Assembly (NCBI GenBank): GCA_036172245.1
Contig: JAYWIR010000080.1
Coordinates: forward strand, 310,001 to 351,154
Direction of reading: 5' to 3'
DNA from: Raillietiella orientalis
Lineage: Eukaryota
DNA: 41,154 bases
A program made the translations under genes and the position numbers. Within the stretch, counting starts at the first letter, position 1. Every line of letters begins with the position of its first letter. Of this stretch, positions 1 through 10,078 are shown piece by piece. The notes beneath the pieces are model-generated. The model was not told the DNA's origin, ran no database searches, and worked only from the letters and a program-made list of their open reading frames with translations.

Positions 1-2426
1 GTTGCCAGCACACGGACTGAAGCCTGCATATTAGCTGGCAAAGTGATGAAGGTCTGCAGTTGCCCGAGTCAACAGCTAGTAGTCGTCAATCAAAGGTCAC
101 ATGGACAGCGTACTTGAAGGCATTGCGAAAAGTCAATAGGAAATGCTGTTCAGGAAGTAGTCTCTACAGAATTGTAGTAATAAGCGTGGTTTAGCATGTC
201 AAAAGAGTAGACACTGTTACCTATGAAAGAGGGGGAATGTAGAAACGAACGTGTTTTCACAACATTATCATCCTCTTTATTGAATGGGAGAAATTTTAAT
301 GCAAACGGTAATAACCGCATTGGATTCAATCGCAGGTTGGCTTACAATGGATTCGAAATTAAAATCAAAATTCCCATTCTCCCGAAATTGACTGATCACT
401 ATAATTCGATCGTTACTACTGCCAATCAAAAGGAAGGCAATTTATTTTCGTACATAAATCATGTAACATGAAAATCCTTTGAACAATTCGGTCTTTGGAA
501 ATGATTCAACATATCCTGACACTCGACAAACATAATGTTTCTCTTGGCAGTGTTTCGCTCTCGGGAGTTCTGTCGGTAAAGGAGTCCATTCCAGCTTCAT
601 GGTAAGATAAATTTATAATAATGCTCATTTTTTCTGATAACGCACTACACTACCAACCCAGCTCCCATTGAGACGACTAGTTCCAAGACATGTCTTGAGA
701 TGCAAACATTTTTGGAAATAAGAAGCTTCTGGAATTCGGGAGGGGGAAAGTGCAACGCCGTGCGCTCAACTTTTATACAACGTTGAAACTCCCCATAAAA
801 CGCCAATTCACCCAAAACTGAACCACGGAGCTGTGGAACGCTTCCGTTATGAGAAATTTTGCTCATGAAAAATGTTCATATGACGAACATCAGAACACGA
901 CACAAAGAACAGATCCGCAAAGGGAACACATCATGGGAGGAGAAATCCGTCAGCCTACGTTAACAAGTGAGCATCTGTGACAGGCCGTGACAATGTTTCC
1001 TGACTTGAGAAAACTGCAGATGATGCTTCTGATCGAATTGCGAAAAACTTTCAGGGTAAAATGCGAGCAAGATAGAAGAACATTCTGCCGTTGCTCAAGC
1101 ACTGCATACAGATGCAACAACAACGCTCCGTGAAAGATGTTTTGCACGAGAATACCACGAATCCGCCTTCCACGTAAGAATGTGCAACACCTCCATCATC
1201 AAAAATAAGAACAAGATGATAGGAAGCAGGAAGGCATAGCAGCGAGCAAAGAGCAAGCTGAATAGGGCTACGCGAGCGGAAAATCGGGGGTTAAAGGAAA
1301 AGAGATTGCGAAAAGCACGGCACTGGTGGAAGACGAAGTCAAAGCACACGGTTCGAGAAGATTCGGTTGCGGCGCTGAAAATCAATGATGCCTCCTGTTT
1401 AGAATATTCACGTCGTTGGGAGTCCAAATCCCTCACAGCTTCCTTGATGGAAAATGACTGGAGACCGTTTCGCGCTAGGCAGCGCCATCGGGGAACTTTC
1501 CGCCGTTTCGAATCGGCGACCGTCGAATGCAAACGCACGAACGGAGCTCTTCTTTCTGTTTCAGATTTCGTGCCCTTTAATTTCATTTTAATACGCCTGG
1601 GCGCCCTGGGAAGTGTGACGTTACTGAGTTGGGTAATGAGGAGGAAGAAAAAGTTCAGCTGCGGTTGCTTACAGGAACTTTTCAAGCTTTGGTAAGAGTT
1701 TGCTTCCCGGGTATTCCAGCTATGGATCCAGGTCAAATGGGAGCACGCATGACCACGAGGAAGTTTTTCCCTTCATGATTACCATCAACAAGCTTCGTTT
1801 CGTTTTTTTTTTTTTTTCTTTGCCCTTATCTCCTTACTTGCGCTTCGCTGTGCCTTACGTGCCCAATAACCGAGCAACAGTGACTATGACTATTCAGCAG
1901 TCACTCTTAAGACTGACATCAGGGTGCACAGAAAATAGGGTTCCGCTGATACTTGAAATGCACTTAACTACACTTAAGGCCAGCTATTTTTTTTTTTTTT
2001 TTTTTCAGGTATAAATTTGCGGCACATGAAAATTTCCAAACGACGTACGAAATCGATACGTGTGGGAAAACGAAGAAACTTTGTAACCGCGAAACTTCCA
2101 GGAGTCTGGCATGGGAGGGGGGAGACCCGGGAATGAGAAATTTCCGTACCTTCGCGAAACGGAAGGAATCGGCCACACGCAAAAACCACGGTGGTACTCC
2201 CACCTTTTCTGGATTTCTGTTTGCCAACGCTTGTTTCCGGAACAAACGAGCAACTTACAAGCCACAACAAGTTATATCACTCCCAGCTGAGGAACAGCAG
2301 CAGCATGGGGTGATCTCTGTTCTCGTGAGCCACACTTTTGCTTGGTTAACCGCCTGGCTGGCTCTCCGCTCCCCAGGCGGATTAACGTTCACTCAGTTAC
2401 TTTAGCAAACCAAAAATTGTACTTAC

Positions 2427-2961
2427 TGCTCAGTTTCATTTTGAATACGTGCTCGTTGCTCTGATTATTGTAAATAGCTACAGCCGCAGCTTTCATCAAG
2501 TAAGCATTCCGAACTTTGTTATCGAAATCACATCCTCCCCTCTTAATCAAGGCAATCCACGGTTCCGCGGGGATGGTGTTTTCAAAAGGATAATCACAGC
2601 CCTGGCGCGAGGATCCATTGTGAGTCTTGACGTGGACCACGACCCCTTGCACGTTCCCGATTTTTCCAGTTCCAAATTTTGCGATCTCACCCACGCGACT
2701 GCACTGGGTCGAACTGACAGGGTCGTTCCAGCTGAGGTTGACGAAAGCAGTGTGGTAGTCCTCCCCATCGTACAGCGACAACTCATTGTTCAGAGTGTAC
2801 GACTTGATGGATACCACGATCCAATACAGGAGGAGCACCGCCAGGCAACACATGCTACTTACACACTCAGTTCCGTAACCACAAGCACAAAAGCCGTGTC
2901 GCGAGAGCCGTGTCGAGTGTACGCGTGTGACGATTTTGCACAACAATCTGCGCGGACACAT
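2427..2961 (-). CDS. gol: Goliath/RNF130/RNF150-family PA-TM-RING E3 ubiquitin ligase, first coding exon (signal peptide + PA domain)
   Basis: Translation contains a hydrophobic signal-like segment (MCCLAVLLLYWIVVSIKS, ATG at 2853; upstream in-frame ATG at 2961) and goliath PA-domain motifs YHTAFVNLSWNDPV, EIAKFGTGKIG, EPWIALIKRGGCDFDNKVRNA, AAAVAIYNN. The exon ends at a canonical A|GTAAGT donor (2427/2426). TM and RING exons were not recognised in 1-2426. Confidence 0.88.
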
Positions 2962-3172
2962 AAAACAGCCCTTTGATAGCTATCGACCGTAAATAAAGCA
3001 TTCCGTCCTTTGTTCTTTGGCTATTACGTAGACTTGACGCATACTCCGTTCATCCTTGAGGGAACAAAAAAAAAAAAAAAAAAAAAACCCTGAGACGTGC
3101 GATGTTAAATCACCCCCATAACAAACTCATCAGTAAAAACGCAATTCATTGGGAAAAACATTTCCAGTCATG

Positions 3173-3374
3173 TTATGGAGTGTCATAAGTGAGCCTCGTG
3201 CGGACTGTGAATAAATCATCTCTTCTGCTGTCGCTGCTCGAAGAAAGGAAAGGACTATCCTTGTATCGCGTCATCGAAGATCTCCACCAAGTCAGATAAA
3301 ATGTGCTATCAGATTGCCAGGGGACGTCACCCAGAATATCTAAAAGTTCTTTGTCTTCTTCGGTAGGCTTGTCT
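3173..3374 (-). CDS. ANKLE2: ANKLE2 terminal coding exon
   Basis: Polypyrimidine tract plus TTCCAG acceptor. Reads (G)DKPTEEDKELLDILGDVPWQSDSTFYLTWWRSSM...YDTP*, resembling the conserved ANKLE2 C-terminal block. TAA at 3175-3173. Confidence 0.8.
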
Positions 3375-6300
3375 CTGGAAAGAGAAGATCAAAAAAAAAA
3401 AAAAAAAAACAAGTTGATGAAGGACAGAAAGGAAAGAGAAAAAAAAAAAATCGAAACATTTCGGAAACTTACCCATGTAGAAACAGATCAGGCCCTTCAG
3501 GTGGAGTTCCGAAGACCGGTGAAGGAGGAGGAGTGTAATACAACTCGTCATCATTCGTATTAGGAACAGGATGGGAGGAAACAACACATGGGGGTGACGG
3601 TACTTTGAATTCGCACGTGCAGACCACTAAGCTTCTATTCCGTATTAGCGACAAGACATTGGCTTTTAGGCAATTGAAATGCGGGCAGCGTTCACAGCTG
3701 CTGCGGTCCAGAATTTCTGCGATCGTGTGACGCTGCGCTTCGCTGAGGAGACGAACGCTACGCAAGGCAAGAAGCCCGTGTCTCAGGTACGGTTTCATTC
3801 GAATGCACTCTTCGAGATTCAGGAAAGATGATGGCAGCAGCGACTCCCGACCACTGCTGCACCACCTCGCGAACTGCTGCGAGATCTTCTTGGACAAAGC
3901 CTTTGCCATTTCACGTTGGTTTACAGAAAGATCTTGTAGCTTTAATTTTTCGAGCCGGGAACACAAGTGGGACATGGGACTTTGGAGTGCCACAACTGGG
4001 GGATCATGGCCGCCTTCACGACCCTACACAAGAAGGAAAAAATGAATTTTTCAGTGTAGAGACTGGGCAAACAACAAACATGCAATGGAATACTTCTAAA
4101 AGGGTGACAAAAGAATGTCTTTTCAGCGTGTAACATCTCGAAGCTTTGCCACACAACTTGTGATGAACGAACGGCAAAAACCCTGACCGAACTGTTCCTT
4201 TCTTCCATCCTCGAATTGCTAAGTTTCTTACCTGGTGCTTGGTTCCTCCAATCTAGAATTTGATACGATCGTGGCTGACCAGATAGAATTTTTAAAAATC
4301 ATTCCAATAAAACTGAATCGAAACTCAAAATGTAAACCTACATTTGGATGGATTACATGGCTGCAGGGCTTAGACTATGCACCTGCCTACTCCCGAAAAG
4401 CACCATGAAATAAACAAACAAGGCACAATAAAGCTTCAGATATGCATACACAGAGAAAACAATTCCCACAATACTTAATGATAATTAGTTTGAACACCTC
4501 ATGTCTATCCGTATGTTTGCCTACTTGTTCGAACTTTTCAGGAACAGAATTTGCAGATGATTAGAACGAACCCTCGATGTAAACTCCATTCCCCTGTCCA
4601 CCTCTACCTGGTTTTCACTTAAGAAAACAGCATCAAGTTGATCAGAGAACAAATGGAAAAAAAGCATGTGTCTTGCTGATCAACCATTCCGATTTTTCAC
4701 TTTACCTGTAAACATGATGGCATAGATAATTCTCCAGAAAAGCGTAGGTAGGCTTTTTCACTCCCTTTCTTCGATGTTGAATTCACAATTTGCACGACTG
4801 CTATAAACTGCGCCAGTAATCATTGTCAAAAAATTAAAAAAAAAAAAAGGCAATAATACGCAAATTCCTGGATTCTACATTCTGTCATCTTTACGGAGAT
4901 CAGTTCCAAAACACAGATTCACCGAATCTGCTTTTTTATGTGTTTACAAACTAATAGCACTTGCATGTACATTGGGAACATTGCCCTATTCTTTTACAAG
5001 ATTGCTTTACGTGCGCATCGTTCAGATCTCGAAATCAATAGGTTTTTTGTTAGTCCTTTCCATCTTACGCTTAAGAACTTCGAGGTTGCAGCAGTCCATG
5101 CTTTAGTTAACAGAGTGAGCACCTTCACTTTTTGTGAACAACAGTTCCTTGATGATGCACTCATTTTCCACTTCCCTTTGATCTTGACATGGACTTTCAA
5201 CCGACTTTCAAGTCATTTTCGAAACGTTTGATCGCAGGAAGATGTGTTCAAAACAGGAAATTGAAAATCCTATTAGTGATTTCTTTATGCTGAACATCTC
5301 GACTTGATTGCATTCTCGATAAGTCGGAGCTGAATTAGCAGAGAACAATGAGGAAAAACTGCATACCAAAAAAAAATTAGAAATCAGTTGTCTAATTTTT
5401 TTTTTAATTTAAAAGTTAATGGCAACGGATTTGTAAAGCAACTCACTTTGCTGAGTATTTCCTCAGAGTGTTTGTTCACATCCACAGTATAATCCACAGT
5501 TCAACCGAGAGGAATTACATACATTTATGGAAGTTTTCACAGACAACAAAAGTACCAAGGAATGGAAAAACTAACGAATCAAAATCAGACTATCTGATTT
5601 TAGTAACAGGTAGTCAGAACCAGAAATTCCGAACAGAAAAAATCTTAATGATAAGGAAACCGCGATGAACCCAATTATAGGGCCAGTCATAAAAGGCCCT
5701 GCATCTAACAGATCTACAAACGTTCGTTAACATGACTTATACAGATGGCATCCTACATCCATTTTGCAAAATGAATACACTGCATGTACATCCTAATTCG
5801 TTTGATGTTTAGTGACTTTTCTACATGATGAGAAAATGCATTTAGTCAAACCATGATGGGGGAAGAAACATATCCTTGTAGAGTCCATACATTTGTTCTG
5901 GTGCAGCCTTGAAGATTTCGAAGTACACAATGATTTAAAGAAGCTATTATTCAGTGCCATGATATTTCAAATATGTGTTAGTTCATCTATGTTTAAAACT
6001 TTCTTTCTTTGATTTTTTTTTTTCTTTTTCCTTTTAATTTTAGGCATCCACACAGTTCTAAAATCAACTCTACTCGTGTCTTTCAACTAATGGGTTTCTC
6101 TGTTTTTTAATGTGATACGGTGCAAATGAAAATTCTCTGAAAGAAAACCAACATGAATGCTGACAATGTGTTTATTTTCTACACAGTTAACTTTCCATCT
6201 TGTAATTAGAACCCAAACACTACAAAAGAATATTCCTCTTGCACAACAGATGCTATACCTTCTAATTTTTTAAAAAAACACAAATTCCATTGAACAGCTT

Positions 6301-9300
6301 TTCAACTAATAACATCAATTTTTGTTGAAACAGATTCGTTAAAAAAAACTTTCAAGGCGTTTAAGTTCTAAAAATCTCAAAAAGCATCAAAATAGGGTTC
6401 TTGGTTTAAGTTGTTTAATTACCATACTTTTTCAAGAACCTGCAAGAGTACTCAAAAGAAATAGAATTTGATTAACAAGATTCTTTACTCGGATTCTCAG
6501 AATTTTCTTATGATTTTCACATTTGGGCCCTAAGACCTTTTTTAAAAGTACTTTCAGACAGTTAAACAATATATAATCTTGAAATGCTTTCTAATTCTCC
6601 TTTCTGTTGTCTGTCAATTAAAAGAGCAACTGAAAAAATCACCATTCATGCATTCAACTTTTGATGAATTTGCGTGTTTCAAAATGCAGCATTTGTGATT
6701 TTACAATGCTTAATTTAATGTGAACAAACCTCCCGAAGTGCAAGAAAACTCAGGGCAGGAATAGATGCCAAAGGAACACTGTGATCTTTGATGCAAATTT
6801 CAAATTTGTATCATCGAAAACATAACTAAACTTTAGGTACTGAAATCCTACATAAGTGTAGTAAAAGTCGCCCTAAAAAACGTCAACTGAGAAATAACTA
6901 GGTGTTAATTTCTTAAAAAGCATTGCTTCCTTTCAAAGACAGCATTAGTACTAAAAACCAAAAGTAGATACTGCCCAATGCAATGAAAAACTATCCAATC
7001 ATGTCAAAATGAAACAAATATACACGGAGTTAAAAGGGACGTGTGATTACTTGGCAAGAAAGCTACGAGATACCATTTTGACACAATTGGGAATGTGATT
7101 CTTGCTTCTTCTGAATGTTTCGAAATATTGATATAGATTTGAAACATTCGTGCTTCCCTTAATGAAAGCGTAAGTCCCAGCATAACATGCTATACCTAAA
7201 GAAATGTCAAGTTGAGGATTTATAGGAGCGAACTTTTTCCTCAAGAATTCTTCTGAAGTTTTGTTACATATGAAGTGTATTGCAAATTAAGTAAAATCAA
7301 TACAACCTGATCACTATTGATTTTCCTAAGAGAATGAAAAGATATTCAAATTTACACAGAAACTTTTGGCATACCATGAGACAGAGACAGATAGGGCAAC
7401 ATAAAAAAAAATTCTCAAACATATGCAAATGCTATTTACTGCACACCCAACATAAAGAAAGTGATCGAGAAAAATTAATAATTTCGAGGATTTCCCCTAA
7501 AAAATATATGAAACTGACCTATTTCCAGAGCTGTTCTATTCTGAATCAAAAACAAAAAAAATCTCCCAAAATCTGCACTTGCAAACTAGACTTTATTGAT
7601 ATTCCATTGAAAATGCGTTTATTTTGATGTAAAAAAAAAAAAAATAATCTGCAATTGCTGAGATGATGAAGCTATGAATCGCCTATCACATAATTACCAA
7701 TCAGATGCATAAGACATGATCAAACGATTCTTTTTTTCAAAAACAACCTGAGATGGAAGACTCACTGATTATAAATACAATTAGCCAAACCAAACACTTT
7801 TTAATTAAAATGATATTCATCATGAAAAAACAAACAATAACTTATTGGATTTCACATAGAATAATGCACAACAATTGTAGGATAGGTAATAGACTTAAAT
7901 AGAATTTTGAAAATTCATTCAAAATTGACCTCATGTTGAAGTGAAAATATGAGACAGTGAAACTATATTCATTACCTATATAATAAATCCAACATCTTAA
8001 AAACTAATCTATACAATAATTATAATTTAAGAATAGCCAAGATTGCTTCAGAATACACTCAGAATCAGGAGTAAAAACCATACACACAAAAGTAGATACT
8101 ACCCAATGCAATAAAAAACTTACCAAACACAGCTCTCTCATTTTGTTTTTCAGATATGCCTCAACATGCATCCAGCCCTCTGATGAATTTACATCATAAA
8201 AACCTTTCAGAAAATTCCAGTATTGACACCACCTCACATTGGACCAATGAGCCAACTCTCTAATATTGGGTATCAACAGCAATACACATGAATTCATTTA
8301 CCTGCCCAGCCTTTCCAAAAATCTTCTTGGTTTAGGCTTTGCACTGTGCTTTGGACTACTTTTGATTTGTTCTACTTTGAGTTTGGAATAAAAAACTTTA
8401 GCTTTTTCTGTGGACATTGGACCAGCAACAGCATCCAAAACCAAACTGGAGTTATCAATTTGTTTGGGGGTATGGGGAAATGATAAAGGAGCACCAACAG
8501 AGGGTTGTAATGTATCTGCATCATGATACACAGGGACAATTTCAGAGTCTTCCAACAGTTCTAAAATTCTTTCCTTCAGAACCTGCTTTTGTGTTTTAAT
8601 CCGAGTACAAACCACATCAATGGGTCTTTCATGATAACGATTTCGTGCTTGCTTGTTACATAAAGGTTCACTCACTAGAATCTCAACTACTTTCACATGA
8701 CCAAACTTACTTGCAAAATGAAGGGCAGTATCATTGGCTGTACTATCAGGAGTATTAAGAAAACACTGTAATAGTACCTGTCCACGCTCCTCATCCTTTT
8801 CCTGATCATACAATAAAGCTAAGTAGTCTGGGTCTACTATAGTACTCAAAATGTGTCTGCATATTTCTGGCTGGTTGTAAATTGCAGCAACATGCAGTGC
8901 ATTGTACCGTGTGCCTTCTCGAAGCACTGCTGGAGTATCTCCACTGCTAATTAAATAACGTGGATTCATCCAAATATGTTGATAAAATTCAGTTTCTTTT
9001 CCACATTCAATTAATTTTCGAAAAGCTGCAAGTTCTTGAACTTTTAAAGACCTAAAATACGATGGTTCTTCTTGTTTGAAGCATAAATCCTGTGAATTAT
9101 TTATATGCTGTTCATCACTGGCAACAAATTGCAAAGCTTCCTCATAGGTCATAAACGATTTCCAACGTGCATGTGAATGCTGCTTTACTACCTCAACAGT
9201 AGTTTTAAAGTCTCTAAAGATACCTTCATTTGAAGACAAGGCTAAAAATTTAGGCAAAAGTAAGAAGCTATGTCAAAATGTAAGCTAAAGACAAAATCTT

Positions 9301-9797
9301 AATCAGCAGAAACATACATGACATATGAATTACTACTCATAAAAACAAATCTACCATTTTGTAAAATTACATAATCACTCAGAAAACAAAATCAAGCCTT
9401 ATTGAAACATACTAAATGTAATCTTTCGGGTCTGAGTTCATCCAATTAATGACTGAATGAATTCAGGATTAAGATTTTGTAATAATATTACAAAATCGGA
9501 ATTCCCGTAATGATACCGGACAATTTTTCTTTCACATTCTCTCCTCTCAAGAATCTATCCTTGAGTGATTTTGATGCATATCTGTAAAATATTTTACATT
9601 ATTTTTAAATACTAATGGATCAAACTTGTACCTACACTCAAGGTAGGATTTTTTTATTTTTGCTATTCACATCGTAATCTAGCTACCGAATCTCTCGATA
9701 AAATCTTGGCATCAATTACACTCAAAATCTTACCATTTCTTCTAATACATTTTTGGGGTATATAAACCCCATAGAACGTTTCTTTCGATTCACCCAT
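3173..9797 (-). CDS. ANKLE2: Ankyrin repeat and LEM domain-containing protein 2 orthologue (LEM4/Ankle2), spliced gene span
   Basis: Exons 9797-9734, 9241-8302, 8259-8124, 4023-3473 and 3374-3173 have GT-AG boundaries and consistent phases (1,2,0,2), total 1893 nt (630 aa + stop). Family motifs: NPRYLISSGDTPAVLREGTRYNALHVAA, LNTPD..ANDTALHFASKFG, ERLGRELAH...W..YWNFL..F.D..S.EG, LFLHGDKPT..D. Confidence 0.92.
3473..4023 (-). CDS. ANKLE2: ANKLE2 internal exon (divergent middle region up to the YTPPPSP...LFLHG motif)
   Basis: Acceptor TTCTTGTGTAG at 4024, open phase-0 frame (extends ORF 3469..3993), donor GG|GTAAGT at 3472. Ends with DELYYTPPPSP...DLFLHG. Confidence 0.8.
8124..8259 (-). CDS. 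ANKLE2: ANKLE2 exon 3
   Basis: RELAHWSNVRWCQYWNFLKGFYDVNSSEGWMHVEAYL matches the conserved post-ankyrin block. ATTAG acceptor, TTG|GTAAGT donor. Confidence 0.9.
8302..9241 (-). CDS. ANKLE2: ANKLE2 exon 2 (caulimovirus/RNase H1-N-like domain and ankyrin repeats)
   Basis: Lies in ORF 8298..9257. TTTTAG acceptor at 9242, AG|GTAAAT donor at 8301. Ankyrin motifs NALHVAA and TALHFASKFGHVKVVEILV. Confidence 0.95.
9734..9797 (-). CDS. ANKLE2: ANKLE2 first coding exon
   Basis: MGESKETFYGVYIPQKCIRRN followed by a G|GTAAGA donor in phase 1, matching exon 2. FYGVYIP corresponds to the YYGV motif at the ANKLE2 N-terminus. Confidence 0.85.
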
Positions 9798-10018
9798 CTT
9801 TTTTGATTTACTTAAAATGTCAAATATTGCAAACTATTACAATGTCAAATTTTCGCGTAGTCAGTTTTCCCTTTAGTTTCAAATGTGCATTTCGAACGTC
9901 ATCAATTCGCTTAATCCATTTTTTGCTCCTATTCTTCAAAGGAACTCCATTTCCTGGTTAGAATGAGCTTGCAATTCAGTCCTAGGAGCAGTCAATTTCT
10001 ACAATGCACAAGAGCATT

Positions 10019-10078
10019 TACTGATTACAGGTACTGATTTACTGCTATTGATCTACTGATTACAAGTATTTACTGATT
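10019..10078. repeat. Degenerate short tandem repeat (TACTGATT core)
   Basis: Exact TACTGATT at 10019, 10032, 10054 and 10071, plus a variant TACTGCTA at 10040. Confidence 0.6.

Noticed and set aside
1095..1736. 213-aa minus-strand ORF as a goliath exon or separate gene
   Set aside because: Non-ATG start and no TM/RING goliath motifs (e.g. SVLFVSISF, CAVC); best read as intronic sequence.
2449..2976. 175-aa plus-strand ORF
   Set aside because: Antisense shadow of the goliath exon.
4227..4235. CTTACCTGG resembling the U1 snRNA 5' end
   Set aside because: No U1 stem-loops or Sm site follow; it is the reverse complement of a splice donor.
4994..5200. Minus-strand ORF and GTAAGA donor as an extra ANKLE2 exon
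   Set aside because: No good acceptor giving an open phase-compatible frame, and no homology.
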